Shown: in pieces, positions 47,848-57,949 of the stretch | Numbering within the stretch: position 1 is the first letter of the stretch | Layout: each line of letters opens with the position of its first letter | From: Gemmatimonadota bacterium | GTDB taxonomy: Bacteria > Gemmatimonadota > Gemmatimonadetes > Gemmatimonadales > GWC2-71-9 | Direction: 5' to 3' | Assembly (NCBI GenBank): GCA_029862925.1 | Contig: JAOTWJ010000002.1 | Coordinates: 6,025 to 70,024 of the forward strand | Length of the DNA: 64,000 nucleotides | The notes under the pieces: model-generated | Told to the model about the DNA's origin: nothing | Database searches by the model: none | Seen by the model: the letters and a program-made list of their open reading frames with translations, nothing else | Translations under genes and position numbers: made by a program

Positions 47848-48621
47848 TCAAAACACCACCTCGAGCCCGTCATACGCCGGTTCGACCCCCACGGGCAGCC
47901 GTGCCGCCAGCAACGCGTGCGTCTGCCGGTGCGTGAGATGGGTGAGAATCGTCCGCTCGGCGCCGACCGTCCGCGCCACGGCAATCGCCTCGGGGATCGA
48001 GAGATGCGTCGGGTGCGGCCGCTCGAACAGCGCGTTGAGCACCAGCACGCGCACGCCGCGGAGCCGCGTCAGGCACTCGGCCGGCACCAGCTTGGCGTCG
48101 GTGACGTAGCCCACCGCCCCGACCCGGTAGCCGAGCACCTCCACGTCCCCGTGTGGCACCGGCAGCGGCACCACCGAGAATCCCGCTATCGACTCGTCGC
48201 GCAGGGGTTCGAGCACGCGCGGTACGAGCTCGGGCTTCGACGTGCCGGGCGGCGGGCGCACGGCCCGGTCGAAGATGTACGGAAACCGCGCCGCCAGACG
48301 TGCCAGGGTGTCGGCGGAGCCATACACGGGCAGGGTCTGGCCCCGACCCGTCATGGCACGCAGATCGTCGATCCCGTGCACGTGATCGGCATGATCGTGG
48401 GTGTAGAGCACCGCGTCCACGGAGCCGACACCGGCCCGGAGCAGCTGCAGGCGCACTTCCGGGGGCGTGTCGATCAGCAGGCGCCGTCCGTCGGCCGACT
48501 CGACCAGCGCGGCGACCCTGGTGCGCCGATCGCGCGGATCGTCCGAGCGGCAGACCGCGCAGTCACATCCGAGGACCGGCACACCGAACGACGTACCGGA
48601 TCCCAGCACGACGAGCCGCAC
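47848..48621 (-). CDS. MBL-fold metallo-hydrolase (PhnP-like)
   Basis: The N-terminus is VLGSGTSFGVPVLGCDCAVC. The metal motif is YTHDHADHVHG. The GTG start lies 3 nt after the pyk stop. Confidence 0.8.
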   Translation of the reverse strand: MRLVVLGSGTSFGVPVLGCDCAVCRSDDPRDRRTRVAALVESADGRRLLIDTPPEVRLQLLRAGVGSVDAVLYTHDHADHVHGIDDLRAMTGRGQTLPVYGSADTLARLAARFPYIFDRAVRPPPGTSKPELVPRVLEPLRDESIAGFSVVPLPVPHGDVEVLGYRVGAVGYVTDAKLVPAECLTRLRGVRVLVLNALFERPHPTHLSIPEAIAVARTVGAERTILTHLTHRQTHALLAARLPVGVEPAYDGLEVVF

Positions 48622-48624
48622 GGG

Positions 48625-50091
48625 CTAGACCACCTCCACCTTGAGGAGGTTCGTCGTCCCCGGTACTTCGAACGGCACGCCCGCCGTCACCACGATCAGG
48701 TCGCCGCTCTTCGCGTAGCCCTTCTCCAGCAAGGTGTCGCGCGCCACGTCCAGCATCGCGGTGTAGTCCGGCACGTGCTCGGCCCGCTCGGGGACGATCC
48801 CCCAGATGAGCGACAGATGCCGGCACGTGCGGGCGTCGGTCGAGAGCCCCACGATGGGCGCCACGGGGCGGAGCGCGGCGATCTTCCGCGCCGTGAACCC
48901 GCTCTTCGTGAAGCAGAGGATCGCCGGCACCCGGAGCATGTCCGCCGCCGCCGTCGTAGCCGCCGCAATGGCGTCCTCGACGGAGGGGGCCGGGCCGCGC
49001 GGATCGCTGCGGCGCCGCTGCGGCGTGGGAATCATCTCATCGACCACGGCCCGCTCGATCTCGCGGATGATCCGCGCCATCGCGGCCACGGCCTCGACCG
49101 GGTACCGGCCGATCGCGGTCTCGGCCGAGAGCATGACGGCGTCCGTCCCGTCGAGGATCGCGTTGGCCACGTCCGACGCCTCGGCGCGCGTCGGGCGCGG
49201 GTTCTCCACCATCGACTCGAGCATCTGCGTGGCCGTGATCACGGCGCGCCCCTGGCGGATGGCCAGACGGATCAGCCGCTTCTGCGCAAGCGGCACTTCC
49301 TCGTACGGGAGCTCCACTCCCAGATCGCCGCGGGCCACCATCACGGCGTCCGCGGCCTGCACGATGTCCGCCAGCCGCTCGAGCGCCGCCGCCCGCTCGA
49401 TCTTGGCCACGAGCCGCACGTGCCCGGGCACCAGGCGACGCACTTCTTCCACGTCCTCCGGGCGGCTCACGAAGCTGATGCCGATGTAGTCGGCGCCCTG
49501 CTCCACGGCCCGGGCAATGTCGTCCCGGTCCTTGGCGGTCACCGCCGGGGCGCTCACCCGGACGTCGGGCAGGTTCATCCCCTTCTTGCCCCGCAAGACG
49601 CCGCCGTGCCGCACGCGCGCTACCACCCGGGGACTCCGGACCTCGGTCACTTCCACCGCGAGCAGGCCGTCGTCCAGCAGGATGCGCGCGCCCGGCCGGG
49701 CGTCCTGCGCCAGGGCCTCGTAGGTCGTCGGGATCTCGTCGCCCGCGGCCTCGGCCTCCGGCGCGAAGACCACCGTGCCGCCCTCCACGAGCGTGCGCGG
49801 CGCCGCGAGCGTCCCGACCCGAATGCGCGGCCCCTGCAGGTCCACCAGCAGTCCAATGTGCTGCCCCGCCGCCGCCGCCACCTCGCGCACCGTTCGCATC
49901 CACCGCGTGCGCAGCTCCGCCGTGCCGTGAGAGCTGTTCACCCGCACTACGTCCAGGCCCGCGTCCATCATGCCGCGCAGCACGGCCGGGTCGTCCGACG
50001 CCGGGCCGATCGTGGCGACGATCTTCGTGCGCTGAAATCCCGGCAGCGGCGCACGCACGCCTCCGGGAGGCGACGGTCGGGATCGAGCCAT
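48625..50091 (-). CDS. pyk: pyruvate kinase
   Basis: The ATG at 50091 begins ..RTKIVATIGPAS. VVRVNSSHG, DLQGPRIR, MVARGDLGVE and ATQMLESM are present. The start shares one nucleotide with the upstream stop (TGATG). Confidence 0.9.
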   Translation of the reverse strand: MARSRPSPPGGVRAPLPGFQRTKIVATIGPASDDPAVLRGMMDAGLDVVRVNSSHGTAELRTRWMRTVREVAAAAGQHIGLLVDLQGPRIRVGTLAAPRTLVEGGTVVFAPEAEAAGDEIPTTYEALAQDARPGARILLDDGLLAVEVTEVRSPRVVARVRHGGVLRGKKGMNLPDVRVSAPAVTAKDRDDIARAVEQGADYIGISFVSRPEDVEEVRRLVPGHVRLVAKIERAAALERLADIVQAADAVMVARGDLGVELPYEEVPLAQKRLIRLAIRQGRAVITATQMLESMVENPRPTRAEASDVANAILDGTDAVMLSAETAIGRYPVEAVAAMARIIREIERAVVDEMIPTPQRRRSDPRGPAPSVEDAIAAATTAAADMLRVPAILCFTKSGFTARKIAALRPVAPIVGLSTDARTCRHLSLIWGIVPERAEHVPDYTAMLDVARDTLLEKGYAKSGDLIVVTAGVPFEVPGTTNLLKVEVV

Positions 50092-52886
50092 CAGAACCCC
50101 ACCTGCAGGCCGAGCCGTACGAGCCGCGGTGGGCCGTACGCGAACAGCGGTTGAAGGAAATCGCGCGCCGCGCGCTGAAACAGCGGCAGCAACTCGCCCG
50201 GCCCCTCGATCAGGCCGTTCCGATCGAGATCGGCCTCGGGTCGATACGCGGGGGACTCGTACGGGATCGGGTCCGGGCGCGCCGCGTACGCTTCCTGCGC
50301 GAGCGCGTCGATCTGCGGATCGCCGGCCGCGGGCGATCCCGTATCGCGCCGCACCGCGACGATCGTGCGTCGCCCCGTGAGGTTCCGCACGTCGGCAAAC
50401 GTCGTCAGGCGTAGCGCGCCCAGGGTGACGTGCTTGCCGACCCGCAGGTCGATGCCGTACTGGCTCGGGAGCCGGTGGCTGTTGGGCAGCCCGAGCAGCG
50501 AATCCCCCGCGGCGGTGGTGCGCGAGAACGGCAGCCCGCTGGCCCAGCGGGCCACGACCCCCGCCTCGAGCCCGCGCAGCAGTCGCGGCGACCCCGCGGG
50601 CGTCCGGGCCCGCAGCACCGCGATCAGCGTGTGGCGCTGATCGTAGTCGAGCGGGAATTCCACGACCGCGGGGATGATCGTGTCGCCGACCGGGGAAATC
50701 CGCAGGCGGCGATAGAAGTCGAGCGCGTTCGTCGCCGTCGCCTCGGCCCGCTGGAGCACGTAGCTGAGCCGAACCCCGATGCCATCCGCGTCGGTGCGCT
50801 CGAACACGACCTCGGCGCCGCGCACGGTGCCGAAATCCGCGTTCCCAAAGATGGCACTGTCGGGATCGAGCCCGACCGGTACCGAGGCCACCAGCCCGTC
50901 CAGGCGCTTGACGTAGGCGCCGACGCGCACCGCCGTGGCCCGCGCCGTCCGGATCCGGACCTGGATCTCGTACTGCGTGGCCGTCTCGAAGCCCAGCTGC
51001 GGATTGCCGCGACGGAATCGGCCGGTCCGCAGCGTGTCGTCGAACGCCGCCGCGACGAGATACTGGAAGTCGGGGGGCTGGGCAAAGCGCCCGATACTCG
51101 CGACCACCGTGGCCGTGCCGAGTGACGTCGCGGCCGCGACCCGGGGGCTCAGCAGGACCTGGGTTTCGCCCAGCGCCGCGTCGCCGGCCCCACGCGCGTT
51201 GAACGCGTCGGCCCGTACCCCCACGGTGACGGTCAGGTCGCTGAGCCGCTGGACCAGCTCCGCGTAGCCGGCGGCCGCGAACGGCGAGAAGACCGACGTC
51301 GTCGGCGGTGGCGCCCCGTCGGCCACCGAGCGGTACGACTCGAGCCGGGCGAACGTCGCCACGTGCTGCCGGACGTACTCCCCGCCGACACGGATGTCGG
51401 TGGCCGGACCGCGTCCATAGAACCCGTCCGCCCGCAGACGCCACTCGCGGAATCGGTTCCACGCCAGCTCGCCCCGGTCCGAATCTGTCAGAAAGAACGC
51501 CGGCACCCCCCACGGCGTGGCGGTCGAGAATTCGGGGGCCGCAAAGCCGGGGATCGACGCCGCGGCCGCCGCCGTGTCGCGGGCCCGCGCGAGGTCCGCG
51601 CCGGCGAAGTCGAATCCGCCCAGCGAGAACGCCCCGAACGCGTAGTCCGGCGGGGCGAGGAGCGGCGCCCGCAACGCCTCTTTCGCGAAGTACCCCACCC
51701 GGAGGTCCAGCACGAAGGCACCCGTGGAGTCCGGGCGCGACGCGAACTGATAGTGCCCCAACGCCAGCCGCCCCCGCACCTCCTGCGCCGGTCCGCGATC
51801 GGGCTCGTACTTGAGCACCGGATCGAACAGCAGTCGTCGCTGATCGGAGCCGGCGCCCAACAGCCGCACGGTGTGCCGGGCGCCGAGTGGGAGGGTGAGC
51901 TTGCCGAAGAGGTCGAGCGCCTCGCCCGCGTTGTGCGGCAACAGCCAGGGCGCGGCGAACCGCGGATCGAGCGAGTCCGCGGGCGGTGGGGCATTGACCG
52001 GATCGTCGTCCACGCGGGCGCTCGCGTCGAGCGCCAGGAGAAACCGCGCCGGGCCCACCACGGGGCCGCCCACGGCGGCCGTCACGCGGTCCAGCCCGTA
52101 ATCTCCGCCGTTGCCGAGCGGGCGATCCGTCTCATACCCCGCCGCCCCCGCCAGCCGGTCGGGTCCGTCTCGGGTCACCAGGGTGACCACGCCCGACAGC
52201 GCCTGGCCGTAGCGCGCAGAGAAGCCGTTCGTGATGACCGACGCCTCCTGGAGCACTGCGGGCGGGATGCGGAGACCCAGGACGCCCCCGGCCGCGTCCA
52301 GCTGGTTCTTGACCCCCAGGCCGTCGACGATCACCAGCTCCTGGCCGATCCGCCCTCCGCGGTAGGAGCCGCCCACGACGCCGGCCTGAATCGCGACCGC
52401 TTCTTCGACCGTGCTCACGGGCAGCTGCCGCAGATCCTCGGCCGTGATCGTCTGGCTGGTTGCGACGGCGCGCGGATCCAGCACGGGATCCGGGCGTCCC
52501 TCGACGACGATTTCCGGCACCGGCACGGCCTGGAGCGACAGCGCGACATCGAGCACGACGGTCTGGCCGCCCACGATGCGGACACTGTCCCGCTCGACCT
52601 CCCGGAATCCGGGCGCGGCCACGATCACCCGGTAGACACCCGGCCGCAGGGCCCGCACCACGTACGCGCCGTCGGCATCGGCCACCGCGCCGCGTCCGCC
52701 GGGGAGCAGCAGCACCCGGGCGCCGGCCACCGCGGCACCGGAATGCCGATCGGTTACGCGTCCCCGAAGCGCGCCCTCCGTCTGCGCCGCCGCCCGCCCG
52801 GCGGGAAGGGCGACGAGCAGCAGCGCGACGAGGGCGGGCGCGGCCGCGCACCGCCACCGACGGACGACGTGGACAGCCGAATCCAC
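50091..52886 (-). CDS. TonB-dependent-receptor-like outer membrane protein with carboxypeptidase-regulatory-like N-terminal domain
   Basis: The GTG at 52886 gives the signal peptide ..ALVALLLVALPAGRAAAQ. A CarbopepD_reg-like segment follows (GALRGRVTD..GARVLL..ADGAYVVRALRPGVYRV). A plug-like region and a long beta-rich body follow. The C-terminus ends LGLQVGF. The GTG at 52994 is an alternative start. Confidence 0.75.
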   Translation of the reverse strand: MDSAVHVVRRWRCAAAPALVALLLVALPAGRAAAQTEGALRGRVTDRHSGAAVAGARVLLLPGGRGAVADADGAYVVRALRPGVYRVIVAAPGFREVERDSVRIVGGQTVVLDVALSLQAVPVPEIVVEGRPDPVLDPRAVATSQTITAEDLRQLPVSTVEEAVAIQAGVVGGSYRGGRIGQELVIVDGLGVKNQLDAAGGVLGLRIPPAVLQEASVITNGFSARYGQALSGVVTLVTRDGPDRLAGAAGYETDRPLGNGGDYGLDRVTAAVGGPVVGPARFLLALDASARVDDDPVNAPPPADSLDPRFAAPWLLPHNAGEALDLFGKLTLPLGARHTVRLLGAGSDQRRLLFDPVLKYEPDRGPAQEVRGRLALGHYQFASRPDSTGAFVLDLRVGYFAKEALRAPLLAPPDYAFGAFSLGGFDFAGADLARARDTAAAAASIPGFAAPEFSTATPWGVPAFFLTDSDRGELAWNRFREWRLRADGFYGRGPATDIRVGGEYVRQHVATFARLESYRSVADGAPPPTTSVFSPFAAAGYAELVQRLSDLTVTVGVRADAFNARGAGDAALGETQVLLSPRVAAATSLGTATVVASIGRFAQPPDFQYLVAAAFDDTLRTGRFRRGNPQLGFETATQYEIQVRIRTARATAVRVGAYVKRLDGLVASVPVGLDPDSAIFGNADFGTVRGAEVVFERTDADGIGVRLSYVLQRAEATATNALDFYRRLRISPVGDTIIPAVVEFPLDYDQRHTLIAVLRARTPAGSPRLLRGLEAGVVARWASGLPFSRTTAAGDSLLGLPNSHRLPSQYGIDLRVGKHVTLGALRLTTFADVRNLTGRRTIVAVRRDTGSPAAGDPQIDALAQEAYAARPDPIPYESPAYRPEADLDRNGLIEGPGELLPLFQRAARDFLQPLFAYGPPRLVRLGLQVGF

Positions 52887-52998
52887 ACCCGTGTCGACAT
52901 GTGGAGAGCCTGGCGCCAGGGCCCAACCGGCCGGGCTCCCGGACTTCGGGGGGCGTGTGGAGTGTATGGGGACAGCCTGTGGGTGCGTCACCACACGC

Positions 52999-54228
52999 TC
53001 AGCGAGCGCTGGCGGGTTCGGAGGCGAAGCGCCGCACGACGTACTCCTCCAAGATCTCGGTGAACTCCCGGACGATCCCGTCCCCGCGGAGCGTGCGGAG
53101 CAACCGCCCGTCGACGTAGACCGGCGCCCTGGGCTCCTCGGCGGTCCCCGGCAGGGAGATGCCGATGTCCGCGTGTTTCGACTCCCCCGGTCCGTTCACC
53201 ACGCACCCCATCACGGCCACCGTGAGGGTCTCCACGCCGGGATAGCGCGCGCGCCACGCGGGCATCTGGCGCTGCAGGTAGCCCTGGATCTCTTCGGCCA
53301 TTTCCTGGAAGAAGCTGCTCGTCGTGCGGCCGCAGCCGGGACACGCCGTCACCTGCGGGTTGAAGCTCCGGAGATCGAGCGCCTGGAGCACCTGCTGGGC
53401 GACGCGCACCTCGTCGGTGCGATCGCCCCCCGGTCGCGGCGTGAGCGAGACCCGAATCGTGTCGCCGATCCCCTCGGTCAGGAGAATCGCCAGTCCGGCC
53501 GTGCTGGCGATGACCCCTTTCGTGCCCATGCCCGCTTCCGTGAGCCCAAGATGCAGCGGGTAGTCGGACCGTGGCGCCAGGCGGCGGTACGCGTCCACCA
53601 GATCGACGACGCGCGAGATCTTGGCCGAGAGAATGAGGTGATCGTGTCCGAGTCCGGTCTCCTCGGCCAGCTCGGCGGATCGCATGGCGCTCTCGACCAT
53701 GGCGTCCAGCATCACGTCGCGCGCGTCGCGCGGGACCGGCCGCGCCGCGTTGCCATCCATCATCTCGGTGAGCAGCTGGCGGTCGAGTGATCCCCAGTTC
53801 ACACCAATGCGGACGGGCTTGTCCCGGTCGATCGCCACCTGCACGATCGTGCGGAAATTCTCGTCCCGTCGCTTGGCTCCCACGTTCCCCGGGTTGATCC
53901 GATACTTGGCGAGCGCGTCGGCGCAGGCCGGAAAGGCCGTCAGCAGCAGGTGCCCGTTGTAGTGGAAGTCGCCGATGATCGGCACGGGGGGTCCGCTGTC
54001 CGCCACGCGGGCCACGATCTCGGGCACGGCGGCGGCGGCCGCCTCGTTGTTCACCGTGATCCGCACGATCTCGCTGCCCGCGTCGGCCAGCGCGCGAACC
54101 TGCGCCACCGTCGCCGCCACGTCGGCGGTGTCGGTATTGGTCATGGACTGCACGACGACGGGGTGCGCGGAGCCGACCGGCACGCCCCCGACACGGGTCG
54201 TTACGGTCTCGCGGCGGATGGGCGACAT
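52999..54228 (-). CDS. ispG: 4-hydroxy-3-methylbut-2-en-1-yl diphosphate synthase
   Basis: [29 protein letters not shown], and CPGCGRT with the later [11 protein letters not shown] (Fe-S cysteines) are present. Confidence 0.9.
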   Translation of the reverse strand: MSPIRRETVTTRVGGVPVGSAHPVVVQSMTNTDTADVAATVAQVRALADAGSEIVRITVNNEAAAAAVPEIVARVADSGPPVPIIGDFHYNGHLLLTAFPACADALAKYRINPGNVGAKRRDENFRTIVQVAIDRDKPVRIGVNWGSLDRQLLTEMMDGNAARPVPRDARDVMLDAMVESAMRSAELAEETGLGHDHLILSAKISRVVDLVDAYRRLAPRSDYPLHLGLTEAGMGTKGVIASTAGLAILLTEGIGDTIRVSLTPRPGGDRTDEVRVAQQVLQALDLRSFNPQVTACPGCGRTTSSFFQEMAEEIQGYLQRQMPAWRARYPGVETLTVAVMGCVVNGPGESKHADIGISLPGTAEEPRAPVYVDGRLLRTLRGDGIVREFTEILEEYVVRRFASEPASAR

Positions 54229-54279
54229 GGACGGGGAAATATAACGCGGGTGGGGCCGCGGCCCGGACCGGCTAGGGCG

Positions 54280-54639
54280 TCAGCAGGTCCGCTGCCAGTC
54301 GATCCCGAACTCTCCGCCGCAGTAGGCGCACCGTGCCCGAGCCGCGCCGGCGATCAGGTTCGAGCGGCTGCGGCATTGCGGGCACACTCCGTAGGTCGGA
54401 TTCAGGTCGAGCGCGCGGTCGCGGCGGGCCACGTCCCCGGGCCGGCGGATCACCACGCTCCACTCCTCCGGCCGCCCCTCGCGAATCTCCACCAGCGTGC
54501 GGTCCACGGCGATGTTCTTCTTGTTCACGTCGAGAAACACGATGCTCGGCTTCGAGTCGTTGACGACCGCGTACCACGCGCCGCGGCGCAGACCGTGCGC
54601 GCCGGCTTGGCGAACGCGTGCCCAATGCTTCGGAGTCAT
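54280..54639 (-). CDS. hypothetical protein with C-terminal CxxC..CxxC zinc-ribbon (119 aa)
   Basis: The start is ATG 54639. The protein has a protein-like composition and ends ..YGVCPQCRSRSN..ARCAYCGGEF... I recognise no family. Confidence 0.55.
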   Translation of the reverse strand: MTPKHWARVRQAGAHGLRRGAWYAVVNDSKPSIVFLDVNKKNIAVDRTLVEIREGRPEEWSVVIRRPGDVARRDRALDLNPTYGVCPQCRSRSNLIAGAARARCAYCGGEFGIDWQRTC

Positions 54640-54656
54640 CGTCCCTGCCACGCTCC

Positions 54657-54857
54657 CTAGCGGGAGAGCCCCGCCGCGACGCCCAGCGGAATCACGATGT
54701 AGAGGATCGTGTCTCGAATCAGATAGTAGACCACGACGACGGCCACCAGCTTCCAACCCCGCTTCCGGAGCAGGCCGCCCCACCCCAAGGCGCGTCGCTC
54801 CTCCCGGAGGGAGCGCCCGAAAGCCGTCAGTCGTCGCACAGCCCCAAAGTAACGCAA
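54657..54857 (-). CDS. small membrane protein (about 60-66 aa)
   Basis: The TM segment WKLVAVVVVYYLIRDTILYIVIPLGVAAG is encoded with locally AT-richer codons, which argues for selection on the peptide. The track start is a TTG. An in-frame GTG 6 codons downstream is an alternative start. Confidence 0.45.
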   Translation of the reverse strand: MRYFGAVRRLTAFGRSLREERRALGWGGLLRKRGWKLVAVVVVYYLIRDTILYIVIPLGVAAGLSR

Positions 54858-54870
54858 ACGCGGGCGCCCG

Positions 54871-55335
54871 CTACCGGCCCGGGACCGGGAGGTCTCGCAC
54901 GGCGCGGTGCATCGCGACGGCCGACGCCGGGCACGCCTCCCGGAACTCCACGGAACCCTGGACTGCGGGCGGAACCGCGCTCCGCGGGATGGGCCGGAAC
55001 CCCAACCGCGGGAAATAGTCCGCGGCGGTCGTCGTCAGGAGATACACGTCCCGCATGCCTGACGCCCGGGCGTCCACCAGCACCCGCTCCACGAGCCGGC
55101 GGCCCGTCCCGCCACCCCGCCCGTCCGGCCGGACGGCAACCGAGCGCAGCAGGCCCGCGGGGCCGTACGCTTCCAGCCCGGCGACGCCGACGACCTGTCC
55201 GTCCCGGTCGGCCACGACGAACCCCGTGAGCGGCGCCCCGATGCCGTCCACCGGAAGATCCACGGCGCGGAGCAGCGCCAGCACCGAGGGCAGGTCCGCC
55301 GCGGTCGCAGCGCGGATGCGGGGCGCCCGCGTCAC
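54871..55335 (-). CDS. GNAT N-acetyltransferase (ArsN2-like pattern)
   Basis: IRAATAADLP..GVAGLE..GLLRSVAVRPDGRGGGTGRRLV..YLLTTTAADYFPRLGF..ACPASAVAM is present. The GTG at 55335 is preferred. The ATG at 55407 is possible. Confidence 0.75.
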   Translation of the reverse strand: MTRAPRIRAATAADLPSVLALLRAVDLPVDGIGAPLTGFVVADRDGQVVGVAGLEAYGPAGLLRSVAVRPDGRGGGTGRRLVERVLVDARASGMRDVYLLTTTAADYFPRLGFRPIPRSAVPPAVQGSVEFREACPASAVAMHRAVRDLPVPGR

Positions 55336-55450
55336 GGATCGGGCCCGTGGCCGACCGCCGCGCGCGCCCCCGCCCCCGGGGCAGCCGTACGAAAGGCCCG
55401 GGACCATGTCCCGAGCCTCGTCGCCACCGCCCCCCGTCGCGCGCGCCGCG

Positions 55451-57949
55451 TTAGCCGCACTCGCTGTAGCCGCACACGTGGCATTTCACGCATCCTTCGG
55501 CATACTCGAGTTGGGATCCGCAGTCGGGACAGGCGCCCGTGAACTGCTCGGCGTTGACGGCATGCACGTCCATCAGCTCGCCCTCGTCGCCGGCCATGGG
55601 TCGGGTGGCCGCCCGGGCCACCTCCGACTCGGGCGCGTCCGGCAGATCCAACAGATCCTGCTGGATGCCCTGCTTGTCGTACATCCAACGCTCGATCGCG
55701 ATCCCGATCGCGTCCGGGACGGACAGCACCTTGTTGGGACCGAGCCCGGCCACGCGGTCGGAGGAGATCCCGCGCAACTGCCGGTGAATCTCGGCGATCG
55801 GGATGCCCGAGCGCAGGGCGAGCGAGATGAGCCGCCCGATGGCTTCGACATCCGCCATCAACGCGCCGCCCGCTTTCCCCAAGCTCATGAAGATCTCGAA
55901 CGGTTGACTCCGGTCGTCCTCGGTGACCGTGACGTACAGCGTCCCGAGCGGCGTCTCCAGCCGTCGCGTGGTGCCTTTCAGCAACTCGGGCCGGGACCGC
56001 TTCATGCGGCGTTGGAGGTTCTCCGACTCGACCTCGTGCAGCTGCTTGCGGGTGCGACCCAACTCGGCCTCGAGCTCGGCGATGGTCGCCTTCAGGTCGG
56101 CGACGGCGCGCACGCCGGCCGGCTCGCCGCTCGGGGCGCCCGCCGAGCGCTCTTGCACCTTCTTGGCCGTCGTACCGGTGGACAGCACCTGCATCTCGCG
56201 CGACCCGTCGCGGTAGACCGTGACGCCCTTGCACCCCAGCTCGTAGGCGAGCTCGTAGATCTGACGGACGTCCTCTTCCGTGGCGTCGTTCGGGAAGTTG
56301 CACGTCTTGCTGATCGCGCTGTCCGTGAACTCCTGGAAGGCGGCCTGCATGCGGATGTGCCACGCGGGGGTGACGTCGTGCGCGGTCACGAACACCCGCT
56401 GCCACTTGGCGGGCACCTCGTCGACGTGAATGTGGCCCTCCTCGGCGATCCGCTGCATCAGCTCGTCCGAATACCATCCCTCGCGCTTCGCGAGGGCCAC
56501 GAAGTCTTCGTTCACATCGGGCATGAGCACGCCGGCCTGATTCCGCATGAACGCGACCGCAAACAGCGGCTCGATCCCCGAGGCGCACCCCGCGATGATG
56601 GAGATCGTTCCGGTCGGGGCGACCGTGGTGAGGTTGCAGTTCCGCAGCCGCCGCATCGGGCGCACGCGCTCTCCCGCCGGCGTGCGGGCGCACGTCGGAT
56701 CCGGTCCCCAAATGCTCTCGGCCCACGCCGGGAAGACCCCGCGCTGGAGGGCGAGCCGCTCGCTCTCGACCTTGGCCTCTTCGTCAACGAACCGCATCAG
56801 CCGGCGGCCCAGGCTGGTGGCGTCCTCGGAATCGTACGGGATGCCGAGGCGGACCAGCAGATCCGCCCACCCCATGATGCCCAGGCCGATCCGCCGGATC
56901 TGCTGGGCCAGCTCGGTGATCTCGGGCAGCGGGTACTTGTTGGCGTCGATGACGTTGTCGAGGAAATGCGTGCAGAGGTGCACGGTGCGCCGCAGGCGGT
57001 CCCAATCCACGTCGCCCTGGCCGGCGAACAGGCCGACGTTGATGGACCCCAGATTGCAGACGTCGTACGGCAGCAGGGGCTGCTCGCCGCACGGGTTTGT
57101 CGCCTCGTAACTGCCGAGCGCCGGGACCGGGTTGTAGGCGTTGGCCCGGTCGACGAAGAAGACGCCAGGCTCACCGGTCTTCCAGGCGCCGTGGAGGATC
57201 TTGGCAAAGACCTCCCGGGCGTCCAGCTGGCCCATCACCTGCCCGGTCCGCGGGTGGGTCAAGTCGTACGCGGTGTCGGCATGCACGGCCTGCATGAAGG
57301 TATCCGTCACCGCGACGGAGATGTTGAAGTTCGTGATCTTGGTGATGTCGTCTTTGCACGTGATGAAATCGAGGATATCGGGATGATCCACGCGGAGGAT
57401 ACCCATGTTGGCGCCGCGTCGCGTGCCTCCCTGCTTGACGACGTCCGTGGACGCGTCGTACAGCGACATGAACGAGACGGGACCGGATGCAACGCCCATA
57501 GTGGATCGGACGACGTCGTTCCGGGGGCGCAGTCGCGAGAACGCGAACCCGGTGCCGCCGCCGGACTGGTGCACCAGGGCCATGCTCCGCAGCGTGTCGT
57601 AGATCCCGCTCCGGCCGTTGGAGAGCGCGTCGTCCACGGGCAGGACGAAGCACGCGGAGAGCTGCCCGAGCGGTCGGCCCGCATTCATGAGGGTGGGGCT
57701 GTTGGGCATCCAGACCCGCGTGGCCATCACCTCGTAGAACGCCTCGGCCAGGGCCTCGACGGCCTTGGGGCTCGCTCCGTACTTGGCATCCGGCGCCGCT
57801 ATCGTCCGCGCGACCCGCCAGAACAGCGCTTCCGGCTCCTCGACCGGCTCGCCTTGCTCGTCCTTGATGAGATACCGGCGGGTGAGCACGGTGATTGCGT
57901 TGGCACTGAGATCCAGCGGGATGCCCTTCTCGGAGTCGGCAATGCCCAT
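55451..57949 (-). CDS. nrdJ: adenosylcobalamin-dependent (class II) ribonucleotide reductase
   Basis: MPNSPTLMNAG, LSACFVLPV, HQSGGGTGFAFSRLRP, ATNPCGEQPL and TVAPTGTISI are present. The C-terminal zinc ribbon is CPDCGSQLEYAEGCVKCHVCG. Confidence 0.9.
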   Translation of the reverse strand: MGIADSEKGIPLDLSANAITVLTRRYLIKDEQGEPVEEPEALFWRVARTIAAPDAKYGASPKAVEALAEAFYEVMATRVWMPNSPTLMNAGRPLGQLSACFVLPVDDALSNGRSGIYDTLRSMALVHQSGGGTGFAFSRLRPRNDVVRSTMGVASGPVSFMSLYDASTDVVKQGGTRRGANMGILRVDHPDILDFITCKDDITKITNFNISVAVTDTFMQAVHADTAYDLTHPRTGQVMGQLDAREVFAKILHGAWKTGEPGVFFVDRANAYNPVPALGSYEATNPCGEQPLLPYDVCNLGSINVGLFAGQGDVDWDRLRRTVHLCTHFLDNVIDANKYPLPEITELAQQIRRIGLGIMGWADLLVRLGIPYDSEDATSLGRRLMRFVDEEAKVESERLALQRGVFPAWAESIWGPDPTCARTPAGERVRPMRRLRNCNLTTVAPTGTISIIAGCASGIEPLFAVAFMRNQAGVLMPDVNEDFVALAKREGWYSDELMQRIAEEGHIHVDEVPAKWQRVFVTAHDVTPAWHIRMQAAFQEFTDSAISKTCNFPNDATEEDVRQIYELAYELGCKGVTVYRDGSREMQVLSTGTTAKKVQERSAGAPSGEPAGVRAVADLKATIAELEAELGRTRKQLHEVESENLQRRMKRSRPELLKGTTRRLETPLGTLYVTVTEDDRSQPFEIFMSLGKAGGALMADVEAIGRLISLALRSGIPIAEIHRQLRGISSDRVAGLGPNKVLSVPDAIGIAIERWMYDKQGIQQDLLDLPDAPESEVARAATRPMAGDEGELMDVHAVNAEQFTGACPDCGSQLEYAEGCVKCHVCGYSECG

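Noticed and set aside
47833-47848. A small hairpin ACGGCG-AAAA-CGCCGT at the MBL hydrolase stop.
   Set aside because: The stem is only 6 bp, there is no U-tract on the transcribed (minus) strand, and it overlaps the stop codon. This is too weak to call a terminator.
47536-50154. An 872-aa plus-strand ORF across the MBL hydrolase and pyruvate kinase, and the 962-aa track ORF 48625-51513 that fuses pyk to upstream sequence.
   Set aside because: The plus ORF is an antisense shadow. The 962-aa ORF is pyk (488 aa from ATG 50091) preceded by an off-frame read-through of the OMP gene with R/G/A-rich composition.
52929-52946. A B12-box-like 17-mer (minus strand AGTCCGGGAGCCCGGCC versus consensus AGYCMGGAGACCKGCC) upstream of the TonB-dependent-receptor-like gene. 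It is tempting because nrdJ in this window needs cobalamin.
   Set aside because: It needs one insertion and one mismatch to fit. Only about 110 nt are available. I could not find the other conserved cobalamin-riboswitch core elements (GGGAA and GCCACUG-type segments). A GC-rich chance match is likely. A covariance-model scan would settle it.
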